A stretch of DNA of 64,000 nucleotides from Candidatus Bathyarchaeota archaeon (GCA_963833125.1 CAWHWX010000016.1:128001-192000), one strand, 5' to 3'; positions 1-9,064 are shown, counted from the first letter of the stretch. The notes: generated by a model not told the origin, from the letters alone. Translations and numbers: made by a program.

Positions 1-52
1 CGATCTCGCCCACGCCGCCGTAGAAAGTTACGCCAGTTGGGCCGCTTGGCAT
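1..52 (-). CDS. N-terminus of MBL-fold hydrolase (RNase J/beta-CASP-like), runs off the window
   Basis: Minus strand from ATG at 52 reads MPSGPTGVTFYGGVGEI, matching the typical (T)FxGGVxEIG N-terminal motif. Confidence 0.65.
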   Translation of the reverse strand, partial: MPSGPTGVTFYGGVGEI

Positions 53-173
53 CCATGAACACCATGAGGCTGAGGGACGGAGCCTACTTAAAACAACTGA
101 ATGCTTGATGAGATTAAGCTTCACGAAGGGTTATGAACCTCTACCCTTCGCATGCTTTGGGTTCGTGGTATCG

Positions 174-910
174 TTGGTTAGGGCGGTCTTTCTCGACCTC
201 GGGGACACGCTGGTTCATCTAAACCGCCCTTGGGAAGATGTCTTCAACGCAAACCTCCAACAACTCTACAATTATCTCGTCAGGCAAGGTTTGACAGTGG
301 ATTCGCAGAAATTCGCTGAGAATTTTGTCAAGCAATTTGACATTGCCTCAGACCAATCGAACCTACGTAAAATCGAGATTCCGATGGAGGAAATAATCTC
401 AAAAGCCATCAGAAAATCCGGTTTACAACATCATGGGATGGACCTGCCGACGAATGCGATGATTGAATTCTTCAAGCCGGAAATAGAGGCTTGGCAGGTC
501 TACCCTGATACGATCGAAACCCTAACCGCACTCGAGAGAGTAGGTTATGCGATGGGTGTAGTATCGAACACGAAGAGTGACTACGCTGTGCGGCGATATT
601 ACAGCGACGTAACCTAGACAGATTCTTCAAGACTATCCTGAGTTCCGCGGCGCTGAGGATAAGGAAGCCACGTCCGGAAATCTTCACACAAGCTTTGATG
701 TGTCTAGGTGTGAATGCGTCTGATTCGATTTTTGTAGGGGACTCAATGGAAGCGGACGTAGCAGGTTCAAAGCACGTGGGGATGCGTTCGATTCACCTAC
801 TTCGCAAACCAATTGAGGGCGTACATCCAGTCAACCCAGATGCAAGAGTCAAAAGCCTTTCAGAAGCTCTCGGTGTCATTACGAACTGGAACAATGGTTT
901 CGCAGACTAG
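174..910 (+). CDS. HAD-superfamily hydrolase (frameshift near 600)
   Basis: Motif I FLDLGDTL and VVSN in ORF 105..617; RKPRPEIF and VGDSMEADVAG in the next frame (695..910). Confidence 0.85.
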
Positions 911-960
911 CCGCTCGAACACCGAATCTTCAGGCGCCGGCAGACCGATGTCCAAAAGGA

Positions 961-1440
961 TTACGGAGAGAACCAGTCTGATATTTTTCGGTCTTTACGT
1001 TCCTCAGCATTGCCCAATATGCGCCTAAACTGCCGTTCCACAACAGCCCTGTTATCTTTAGCTGCTAGTCTTCGTTGGGGTTTCAGAAGTGGATGGAATC
1101 TGACCCCCACGTGGGACCAGACACCGAAACCGTTTTGTTTGAAGTTGCCGAAATATGGGCTCGAGGTTGCGCGATTCCGGTCAGCGACGAGCACAACATA
1201 GTTGAACGCCTTCGCGTAGCAGCGGCACTGGTCCAGACCGCGCCTTATCGAGTCCTTCCGAGACTTGTATTCAAAAGCCCAGTAATCCTGGCCTTTGAGA
1301 GCCGCGACATCCACCCAACAATGCTTAGCGTCAGGACAGTATACCTCCTTCGGATGCACCTTGAATCCCTCGGCTTGCAGGAAAGAGATCAACTGTCTTC
1401 GTGCTGCCGGGTACTTTGGGTGTTGGGTTGTCATGGTCAT
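961..1440 (-). CDS. Small PD-(D/E)XK nuclease-fold protein
   Basis: E...VDVAA...AFEYKS (E-D-ExK) catalytic pattern followed by a GLDQC..Y helix. Confidence 0.65.
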   Translation of the reverse strand: MTMTTQHPKYPAARRQLISFLQAEGFKVHPKEVYCPDAKHCWVDVAALKGQDYWAFEYKSRKDSIRRGLDQCRCYAKAFNYVVLVADRNRATSSPYFGNFKQNGFGVWSHVGVRFHPLLKPQRRLAAKDNRAVVERQFRRILGNAEERKDRKISDWFSP

Positions 1441-1694
1441 GTTTTCTCAGCACCGATTGTAGAGGTTTTTCGATGCTTTTTGGTGGTTGTCTGAGTATAT
1501 GAGTCGTGCATTTGTCAATCTTCGCGCCTAGGTTAGTACGCCTACTTCGTTTGTCAGCATGGTCACAAATTCTTGAGAACCAGTTTTGCCCCGTTTAGCT
1601 TCATCAGTGTGGGAATTCGTGGAGGCGTGGATTTAACTCAAAGTAGGAATTGAGAGTGAGAGAGTTTAGTAAAAGAAACCTGGGGAGTTCGGTG

Positions 1695-2454
1695 ATGCAA
1701 GCGTTGGGTTTAATAGCGGTTGCAATCCTAACCGCACCGCTTCTCGCCGCTCTCGCAAACTTTCGCTTTCTTCTATATCCTCTTTTGCCGAAACTAAACC
1801 CATTGACGACCGCGATGCGCCTCGACCTTGAAGGTAATGCTCTCTTCATCTCAGACCTACACCTAAGATATGGTCAGCCGTTCGTGTACTCCGCTGCATT
1901 TCAGGTACTTCTGAAAGACCGCCAAGTTTCAAATTTAATTGTTGATGGTGACCTATTCGATTCACCCGAAGACGAGGAAGATTCTGGACAAAGATACGTT
2001 TCCTTCGATTGGCGATCTACTGGGTTTGGATGGTTTACCTGTGAAAGCGTTCTTTGTCGATGGGTCACCACCACATGACCCACCCCCAGAAGAGTGCGCA
2101 AATTTGGATATGTCACCTCTCGTCCCTGTAGGACGATGTGCAGTCCTAAGCTTCAATGGTATGCGGGTGGTGGCTTATCATGGCCACGATCTAAGTTTGA
2201 AAGGAGCAGTAGGTCATGGTTGGGACAGATTCATTTCGAAACTGAGTTTGGAGAGGGCCTGGAAGATCTTAGCCGGCGTTCCTAGCCAGGACTGGGTAAT
2301 TTTCGGTCACACTCATATTCCAGGAATCGACGCGAAACACAGGGTTGCGAACTGTGGGGGATGGCAATCTAAAGGATTCTTGGTTTATCCGGCACGGACA
2401 GGCATTTACCTTTCATCGAAAACTGATTCGCTAGAAGTGGTCAAGTTTGGGTGA
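1695..2454 (+). CDS. Membrane-anchored calcineurin-like metallophosphoesterase (frameshift near 1975)
   Basis: N-terminal hydrophobic helix; SDLH, GDLFD, HGH and FGHTH motifs split over two frames. Confidence 0.8.
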
Positions 2455-2458
2455 GAGA

Positions 2459-2908
2459 ATGGTCCTCCCGAGAAATTTCAGCTGGCTGGTAGAATCGAAA
2501 CTTGCGGGTTGTGCTAGGCCAGAGCTTGAGGCTGAGCTGAACGGGCTGAGAAGTAAAGGAGTCAAAGCCATAATCTCTTTGACTGGAACACGACTCTACC
2601 CTGAACCCGTCAACCGCTTGGGCTTTGAATACCTTCACTCTCATGTCTCTGGAGCCCCTTCGACTGTTCAACTTCACGAAATCATTCAATTCATTGAGGA
2701 ACAGAACGCTAAAACGAAACCTGTGGTTGTGCATTGCGCCGAGGGTATGGGACGAACAGGGACGGTTTTAGCAGCTTACTTGGTCTACAAGGGGCTGAGC
2801 GTGGATGACGCTATCAATAAAGTGAGGGAACAGCGCCCGGGTTCGATCCAGAATTTGGAGCAAGAGAACGCAATTCGAATATTCGAAAGAACTTTGAGAC
2901 CGAAATGA
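2459..2908 (+). CDS. Dual-specificity (Cys-based) protein phosphatase
   Basis: VHCAEGMGRTG = HCX5R signature; RPGSIQ tail typical of DUSP23/CDKN3-like enzymes. Confidence 0.92.
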   Translation: MVLPRNFSWLVESKLAGCARPELEAELNGLRSKGVKAIISLTGTRLYPEPVNRLGFEYLHSHVSGAPSTVQLHEIIQFIEEQNAKTKPVVVHCAEGMGRTGTVLAAYLVYKGLSVDDAINKVREQRPGSIQNLEQENAIRIFERTLRPK

Positions 2909-2998
2909 ACACTTGAAAAAGAAATTATTTTTCGAGATAACCTGTCGAAGCTTAAATAGAACGCGGACGTGATTCACGCGTTCCAAGTAGTGGCCTAA

Positions 2999-4501
2999 AT
3001 GTCACAACCCCCAGCATACGCACAAACTCCAGCATACGGCCGAGCCTCACAACAAGTTGCACTCAAACAGATCGACAAGTATGTCTGGGAAATTCCAAAA
3101 GACTCTCAACCAGGAATGACGGTACCCGGCAGAATATACGCCGACGACGCACTCATCGGAAAGATGCGAACAGACGCCACACTCCAACAATGCGCCAACG
3201 TCGCAACCCTCCCAGGCCTATACAAATGGGCCATCACAATGCCAGACGGACACGAAGGATACGGGTTTCCGATAGGCGGAGTCGCTGCAAGCGACTACGA
3301 CGAAGGCGTCGTAAGCCCCGGAGGAATCGGTTATGACATAAATTGCGGCGTCAGACTGATCCGAACTAACCTGATGGAGGCGGATGTTCGACCGTTCTTG
3401 GGTAAACTGTTGGATACTATGTTTGTGAATGTTCCGTCGGGTTTGGGAAGTCGTGGGAAGGTTGGAAGGCTTTCACAGGGAGATTTGGAGAAGGTTACGT
3501 GCGAGGGGGTGGAATGGGCCGTTGACCATGGGTACGGTTGGGCTGAGGACCAGAAACACTGTGAAGAGAGTGGTTGTATGGAGACGGCTAACCCGGACAA
3601 GGTTTCGGGGGTTGCAAAGCAACGTGGTGCACCCCAACTCGGAAGCTTGGGGAGCGGGAACCATTTTCTTGAGATCGAGAAAGTCGACAAGATCTTCGAC
3701 CAGCCGGTAGCAGAGAAACTTGGGATTCGGAAAGAAGGCCAAATCCTAGTTTTGGTTCACACCGGTAGCAGGGGGTTCGGATACCAGGTTTGCAGCGATT
3801 ACCTCAGGGTTATGGAACACGCAATTCAGAAATACGGAATCAAGCTGCCCGATAGACAGTTGGCCTGCGCCCCCGCCAAGAGCAATGAGGTTGAAGACTA
3901 CATCGGCGCCATGTCTTGTGCGGCAAATTTCGCTTGGTCAAACAGACAGATGATAACCCACTGGACGAGGGAGTCGTTCGAGAAGACGTTTGGAAAATCG
4001 TCCGACCAGCTCGATATGGGTTTGATCTATGACGTAGCCCACAACATAGCGAAAATTGAGGAACATGCGGTTGATGGGGGAAGGAAGAAAGTTTACGTTC
4101 ACAGGAAGGGCGCGACAAGGGCGTTCCCGCCAGGGCATCAGGCAATACCGCCAGAGTACCGTGACATTGGGCAACCGGTCCTCATCCCCGGAAGCATGGG
4201 CACAGCATCGTGGGTTCTGATCGGGGCACCGAAGTCAATGGAACTCAGTTTCGGAACAACCGCCCACGGGGCGGGGAGGTTCATGAGCCGCACGGCGGCC
4301 AAGAGAAGGAACCCTGCGCGAGCCGTCGAAGATTTGCTCTCTAAGAAGGGGATTATGATCAGAGCGGAAAACATTGGGACCGTGAGCGAGGAGGCCCCCG
4401 AAGCCTACAAGGACGTCGATAGTGTAGCGGAAGTCAGCCACCAACTTGGCATCGCAACCAAAGTCGCCCGCCTAACTCCTATCGGAGTAACCAAAGGTTA
4501 G
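2999..4501 (+). CDS. rtcB: RNA-splicing ligase RtcB
   Basis: MPDGHEGYGFPIGG, DINCGVR, GNHFLE, HRKGAT, HGAGR and EEAPEAYK motifs; no intein. Confidence 0.98.
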   Translation: MSQPPAYAQTPAYGRASQQVALKQIDKYVWEIPKDSQPGMTVPGRIYADDALIGKMRTDATLQQCANVATLPGLYKWAITMPDGHEGYGFPIGGVAASDYDEGVVSPGGIGYDINCGVRLIRTNLMEADVRPFLGKLLDTMFVNVPSGLGSRGKVGRLSQGDLEKVTCEGVEWAVDHGYGWAEDQKHCEESGCMETANPDKVSGVAKQRGAPQLGSLGSGNHFLEIEKVDKIFDQPVAEKLGIRKEGQILVLVHTGSRGFGYQVCSDYLRVMEHAIQKYGIKLPDRQLACAPAKSNEVEDYIGAMSCAANFAWSNRQMITHWTRESFEKTFGKSSDQLDMGLIYDVAHNIAKIEEHAVDGGRKKVYVHRKGATRAFPPGHQAIPPEYRDIGQPVLIPGSMGTASWVLIGAPKSMELSFGTTAHGAGRFMSRTAAKRRNPARAVEDLLSKKGIMIRAENIGTVSEEAPEAYKDVDSVAEVSHQLGIATKVARLTPIGVTKG

Positions 4502-5043
4502 TCCTCGAAGAAGCTTAGCGCTGAACCAGCGTTACGTTTCTTCAAATGCTCAGGAACCTCGCCTTTCGCCATCATTTCCTTGCCACGTCTTAGAATTGGA
4601 TTCTTAGGGCTAAGGGCGAGGGACTTTTTGATCGATTCCGTTGAGGCAATGGCATCCATGTTGAGATATTGGGCCCATGCTAGATTATACCATGCGTATT
4701 CATTCGCCGGGTTAACCCTCGTAGCCTGTTGGAGCACCGCCACCGCTTCGTTCGCCCTTGCGAGATCTATTAATGCCCATCCTTTGCTTGTGAGTGCCAT
4801 ATCGTCGTTAGGGTTTAGCAATAATGCCCGTTCGGCAAACTCCAGAGCCAGCCGTGAGTAGTCCCACTTTTTGTGGAGATTCGCTAGTTTGTTGAGCGAG
4901 TAGGCTTTGAGTGCGATGGCGCGGCTGTTTTCGGGAGATGATTTGATTATGCCATTCAGTTTCAGAATGGCTTCTTCTGTCCTATTCCTACCATAGATCA
5001 GATCGAAAACTTCATCCAGAAGATCTTTGGTGACCAAGAGCAA
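4498..5043 (-). CDS. Tetratricopeptide-repeat protein
   Basis: Repeated AL.LNP.D..A...KG.AL and P.N..AWYNLA TPR patterns. Confidence 0.85.
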   Translation of the reverse strand: MLLVTKDLLDEVFDLIYGRNRTEEAILKLNGIIKSSPENSRAIALKAYSLNKLANLHKKWDYSRLALEFAERALLLNPNDDMALTSKGWALIDLARANEAVAVLQQATRVNPANEYAWYNLAWAQYLNMDAIASTESIKKSLALSPKNPILRRGKEMMAKGEVPEHLKKRNAGSALSFFED

Positions 5044-5259
5044 TCCTACGCGAAAACTAATCAGTTGTTCAGGATATTTGAAGAGTAACAGTTTTCCGGT
5101 TCAAAGCTATCTCCTGCTTTTGTTAGTTTCACACAGATCTTCAGAACCTAAGGTCACCTGTCCTTAGGCAAAAACGCAATAAGGTGCAGAGAGCGTCCTC
5201 TATTGATGAAGCTGAGGTGTAGCAATGGCTCGCTCGATCGAGGCCTCATTGAAGGTTGA

Positions 5260-5985
5260 GTGATGAGCAATGCTTTAGCTCCCGCGATGCGAGAGCTTTT
5301 GAATATTCGAGAAGCTGATCCACACATTCTGGGATTGTACGTGGGGCCTCCTGGGAGTGGGAGGTCGGTGTTATGTAAGCAGATTGCGTATGAGACTCTC
5401 AAGGAGGGACGCCGAGTGATTTACATGTCGACCGAGCGTTCGTCCGCGGAAATATTCGAGCGCATGCAGGAGCATGGATGGAACGTCGAAGGATACCTTC
5501 GATCGAGCCTGAGATTAGTGGATATGTACTCATGGTTGGAGGACGGGAACCAAGCCTACGCCGAAACTCAGTATGGAAGCAGACTTTGCCCATTGAATTT
5601 GACTGATTTACAATTAGCCATTGGGAAACTGTACGAGGAGTTGGGCGCAGGATGGAGTCTCGTAATCTTCGATTCACTGTCGACGTTCGTCAGTACTGTT
5701 GGCGAAGAGAGAGCGCTTAGACTTATCCCGTCCGTCATTGCTAAAGTTAGACAACATGGGTCCGCGGTCGTATCCTTGACCTCGGGCATCCACGCCAACT
5801 CGACACTCGGCCAACTCTACTCTCTATTCGACCTAATTGTGGAGATGAAAATTGAAGCGGGAGAACATTTGGAGCGAATGCTCAGAATAACAAAATACAA
5901 CCTTGGGAGTCACCCCGATAAATGGATCCCCTTCCAGATTCTGGATCAAGGAATAATGTTACAAACTGGTCGCGGAAACAAGTGA
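5260..5985 (+). CDS. KaiC/RAD55-like RecA-superfamily ATPase (Walker A K->R)
   Basis: GPPGSGRS, YMSTE, VIFDSLS and R.LRITKY motifs. Confidence 0.85.
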   Translation: MMSNALAPAMRELLNIREADPHILGLYVGPPGSGRSVLCKQIAYETLKEGRRVIYMSTERSSAEIFERMQEHGWNVEGYLRSSLRLVDMYSWLEDGNQAYAETQYGSRLCPLNLTDLQLAIGKLYEELGAGWSLVIFDSLSTFVSTVGEERALRLIPSVIAKVRQHGSAVVSLTSGIHANSTLGQLYSLFDLIVEMKIEAGEHLERMLRITKYNLGSHPDKWIPFQILDQGIMLQTGRGNK

Positions 5986-6153
5986 GTTGATGGTTACACG
6001 GGATGGAATTATATTTTATTTTTTTGCTCTAACGGCGGCGTTTTGTGACAATTCTACGGATGTAGAACAAAATTGAGCGTTAAACGGTCCTTTGAATCTG
6101 GTTTTCTATTCTTTCCACTTACGTTTTAGTAAGCTGCGGCCCACCGGCCGCGC

Positions 6154-6321
6154 ATGCAAGCAAAGAGGTTTAACGTTCCTCAGCGCCTTGGTGCAGAAAT
6201 AAGGGGCGGCCCACTCTCGCCAAACGAAGGGAAGGGACCGGTAGGGATCTGCACGTGTAACGGCAACCTCCGCCAACCCCAGAGACGAAACGAGATTCTT
6301 GTATGTGCCCGATGCGGCTGA
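6154..6321 (+). CDS. Putative 55-aa zinc-ribbon microprotein (not in ORF track)
   Basis: ATG 6154 to TGA 6321, ending ICTCNGNL...ILVCARCG (CxC...CxxCG). Confidence 0.45.
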   Translation: MQAKRFNVPQRLGAEIRGGPLSPNEGKGPVGICTCNGNLRQPQRRNEILVCARCG

Positions 6322-6436
6322 CGGATTATCGATTAATCAACCAGTTTTGGTGGCCTTCTCGCTCTCAAGACCCGCGCAAGCAACGTATAAGTTCCAATAT
6401 CCGGTTTATCTAAGTTAACTGTGGAGGATTTGTCGG

Positions 6437-6811
6437 TTGGATGTTGAGAAGTTCGCCGCGGAGGCCTTTCGACGTGATAAGGGCATTCGATATGTTGGAA
6501 TCGTGGACAATCAGTTTCACATCCTCCTCTCTAAGATACGCGAGGGAGTAGTGAGTGTAGCGCCCTCGGAGGATGAACGCAATTTCATCCAAGTAATGCC
6601 ACCCATCATCGTCGATGCAGCGGAAAAGCTCCAGCCAATATTAGGCAAATTGGAGTCTGTAACGATGAGATATGAGAAGCTTCTTCTTGTATTCTTCAGG
6701 GTCAGGAGAGTCGTTGTAGCACTTACTTACGCCCCAGACGTCACGACGCCGTTCATTAGTGCATCTTCAGAACTAATGCGAATGCTCGGAACAACCTACC
6801 TCGGCGAATAA
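6437..6811 (+). CDS. Roadblock/profilin-like small protein (DUF6659-like)
   Basis: IRYVGIVD...REG...LGKL....RYEK pattern of this archaeal family, recognised by eye. Confidence 0.65.
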   Translation: MDVEKFAAEAFRRDKGIRYVGIVDNQFHILLSKIREGVVSVAPSEDERNFIQVMPPIIVDAAEKLQPILGKLESVTMRYEKLLLVFFRVRRVVVALTYAPDVTTPFISASSELMRMLGTTYLGE

Positions 6812-6942
6812 ACTCGCCGCTTCAAGAGACTAGGGGTTATTGTTAGCGGGTAGGCTTCGAAATCCGAAGTTTCGCGCCTGCACATGTGAAGGGGTCATTC
6901 TGCAAACCAGTACGTCGAACTTGCCAAACTTGCGGGGCAGTT

Positions 6943-7089
6943 TTGAGGCGACCAGATACACCAATTCTGACGGGCTATCAAATTTATCATAACTACATTC
7001 GTCCACACGAAGCACCTAGATGAAAAGACTCCCGAAGTCGCGGGAATCCAAGTCGGAGGAAAAGACGGATGACGCTAATTCAGAACGCA
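6943..7089 (+). mobile_element. Degenerate 3'-terminal remnant of a DDE (IS6/IS240-like) transposase
   Basis: Reads LRRPDTPILTGYQIYHNYIRPHEA/LDEKTPEVAGIQVGG/MTLIQNA with small indels; homologous to 52120..52257. Confidence 0.8.
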
Positions 7090-7103
7090 AAAAGTAACTC
7101 AGT

Positions 7104-7361
7104 CTAGTTCGGGTTCTCTGTTTTCCGAGGAGTTCTCCAAAATCGGAGGTTGTCCGTTCTTCGTGAGTACCTCCACCAGTACTCCAATTGGATCGTGAGG
7201 ACGAAGAGAGTGAGGACGGTTATCAGGGTGGTTACCTCAGTGAAGTTGGCGATGAATGTTTGCAGGTTTCGTGAGGCAGCGTAGAATGTGACGGCATCTA
7301 TGATGGCGACCACGGAGAGAACGCGCAGGAACAGGCGTTCTTTGCTCGTTAGACCTTTCAT
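7104..7361 (-). CDS. Small two-TM membrane protein, paralog of 51543..51842
   Basis: MKGLTSK..LFLRV N-terminus and WW.Y.RR.DNLRFW C-terminus shared with the 51.5 kb ORF. Confidence 0.75.
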   Translation of the reverse strand: MKGLTSKERLFLRVLSVVAIIDAVTFYAASRNLQTFIANFTEVTTLITVLTLFVLTIQLEYWWRYSRRTDNLRFWRTPRKTENPN

Positions 7362-7364
7362 CGT

Positions 7365-7628
7365 TCAAGCCTTCCTCCGGCTTCTTCGCATGTCAACACA
7401 TATGCCGAGAACCAGTGTGATCAGCACTATAGCAATCACAAACTCGGGCAGAGTCAATGTAATTCTTCCTCCCGCAAATTTCGAATTCCAAGTCCATCCA
7501 TGAACTGCGTACACAACAAGCGTGGAAAGACAAGCAACAAAAGTCAATCCGACACAATACTTTACAATACGCTTGGCGTACGTCGAGAGCCATTTGTCCA
7601 GCCGCTCACTTCTGTCATCACATTTCAC
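7365..7628 (-). CDS. Small two-TM membrane protein
   Basis: Two hydrophobic helices and a basic tail; stop codon lies 3 nt before the next ATG. Confidence 0.6.
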   Translation of the reverse strand: MKCDDRSERLDKWLSTYAKRIVKYCVGLTFVACLSTLVVYAVHGWTWNSKFAGGRITLTLPEFVIAIVLITLVLGICVDMRRSRRKA

Positions 7629-7727
7629 CCACCATCAATGTGCCGCAGTCTCGTTCTTACTGGTTTCCCTGTTTTTCACGAATCGAAACATGGTTCCGTG
7701 TGCAAACGGCTAGAAACGGTAAGATCG

Positions 7728-7750
7728 AATCCCACCAAACGAAAGTAAAC
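7728..7750 (+). repeat. Islet-terminal motif, copy A (AATCCCACCAAACGAAAGTAAAC)
   Basis: 13-nt core CCACCAAACGAAA identical to the reverse complement of 51096..51117; partial second copy CACCAAACGA at 7760..7769. Confidence 0.6.
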
Positions 7751-7778
7751 ATCCCTAAGCACCAAACGACAATGACGA

Positions 7779-7825
7779 GTTACCTTACGTAACAATATTT
7801 ATATCGAACTGTTACTAAAGGTAAC
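7779..7825 (+). promoter_or_regulatory. hsp20 promoter: TATA box flanked by two GTTAC-N5-GTAAC palindromic operators
   Basis: GTTACcttacGTAAC (7779-7793), TATTTATAT (7796-7804), GTTACtaaagGTAAC (7811-7825). Confidence 0.75.
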
Positions 7826-7855
7826 AAACTAGCCTATCAGAGGTGAAGTAAGAAA

Positions 7856-8464
7856 ATGTCTTCAGACGAATTCCTTCCCGAATGGTTTAGGTCCCGAAGA
7901 GGCAGGCAGTCCCCTTTCGGTTGGATGGACCGCTGGTTCGGCGACGTCGATGAGATGTTCGGAAACATGTTCCAGGACATGCTCAAGGGCATGCCAAAGG
8001 ACATGATGACAGAGAGAAAGCTACCTGACGGTTCAACCGTGAAGCAATACGGCCCATTCGTCTACGGGTACTCTATGTCCATCGGACCCGACGGAAAACC
8101 CAACGTACAAGAATTCGGCAACGTAAAACCATCCCGACGCCCAGGCGCATTCGGCATCCAACAACCAGCCTTAGAACCAAAAGAAACACGTGAACCCCTA
8201 GTCGACGTCATCAACGAACAAGCACAAGTGCGCGTAGTGGCAGAACTACCCGGCGTCGAGAAATCAGACATCAAGACTAGCATCAACGAGGACCAATTGA
8301 CGATCAAGGTGGATTCATCGACCCAGAAGTATTACAAGGAAGTCAAACTGCCAACAGGCGTTGACCCCGACAGCTCCAAAGCCTCATACAACAACGGCGT
8401 CCTAGAAATCACTCTACGCAAATTGCAACCTAGACCCAAGGGTAAAGAAATTAAAATCGACTAA
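7856..8464 (+). CDS. hsp20: Archaeal small heat-shock protein Hsp20
   Basis: GPFVYGYSMSIGPDGKP, EPLVDV, AELPGV and ASYNNGVLEI motifs; C-terminal IKID (IxI). Confidence 0.96.
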   Translation: MSSDEFLPEWFRSRRGRQSPFGWMDRWFGDVDEMFGNMFQDMLKGMPKDMMTERKLPDGSTVKQYGPFVYGYSMSIGPDGKPNVQEFGNVKPSRRPGAFGIQQPALEPKETREPLVDVINEQAQVRVVAELPGVEKSDIKTSINEDQLTIKVDSSTQKYYKEVKLPTGVDPDSSKASYNNGVLEITLRKLQPRPKGKEIKID

Positions 8465-8483
8465 ACCTAAAACTCCCTCCGCC

Positions 8484-8500
8484 TTTCTTTTTTCCTTTCT
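8484..8500 (+). terminator. Oligo-T archaeal terminator after hsp20
   Basis: TTTCTTTTTTCCTTTCT about 20 nt after the stop codon. Confidence 0.55.
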
Positions 8501-8514
8501 AATCACGAATTCAC

Positions 8515-8977
8515 CTAGAGCTTAGCGAGGGCGGATTTGACTTCGTCAAAGTTCGGTTGTGTTCCTGGATCCTCAGATATCCACCTGTAACGCACCGTCC
8601 CAGTGGGATCCAGTACGAACACGGATCTTTTCGCTGCCGTATACCCTTTCATTCCGACGAAATCGTTGTGAAAGATGTTCAGTTTCTTAATAGTCTCCCT
8701 CATGTAATCGCTGAGTATCGGAAACTGCAGCTTGTTCGCGTCCGCGAAAGCCTTATTCGTGAACGGATCGTTCACGCTAACCGCAACAACCTGCCCCGGC
8801 AAGCTTGCCAGAGAATCCCTGAATGTGCACATTTCTTTGGTACATACCGCCCGTGAACGCTCCTGGGAAGAACGCCAGGACAATCTTCTTTCCTTGAAAC
8901 TCTTTCAATGATCTTTGCTTCCGGTCTTGATCAGGAAGTTGGAAGTCTAACATCTTTTGACCTACTTCGACTGACAA
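8515..8977 (-). CDS. Peroxiredoxin (AhpE/BCP-like), frameshift near 8848
   Basis: FFPGAFTG-VCTKEMC (PxxxTxxC) restored by removing one G; LSD and AKRSVFV motifs. Confidence 0.9.
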
Positions 8978-9064
8978 ACCTGATTCCTCCTGCGATGGTT
9001 TTTCGGGCTCCCAATTAACCGTTTCTCATCGAGCTTCAACCGATTACGTACAGGACTTTCGCGG

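Noticed and set aside
6120-6380. RNase P or SRP RNA in the GC-rich gap after the KaiC-like gene
   Set aside because: No P4 (GAGGAAAGUCC...ACAGAA..CGGCUUA) or SRP helix 8 (CAGG..GGAA..AGCA) motifs on either strand; a small zinc-ribbon ORF explains it better
8835-8860. Selenocysteine recoding at the peroxiredoxin active site
   Set aside because: The break is a one-base insertion before GTA-TGT (Val-Cys); there is no in-frame TGA
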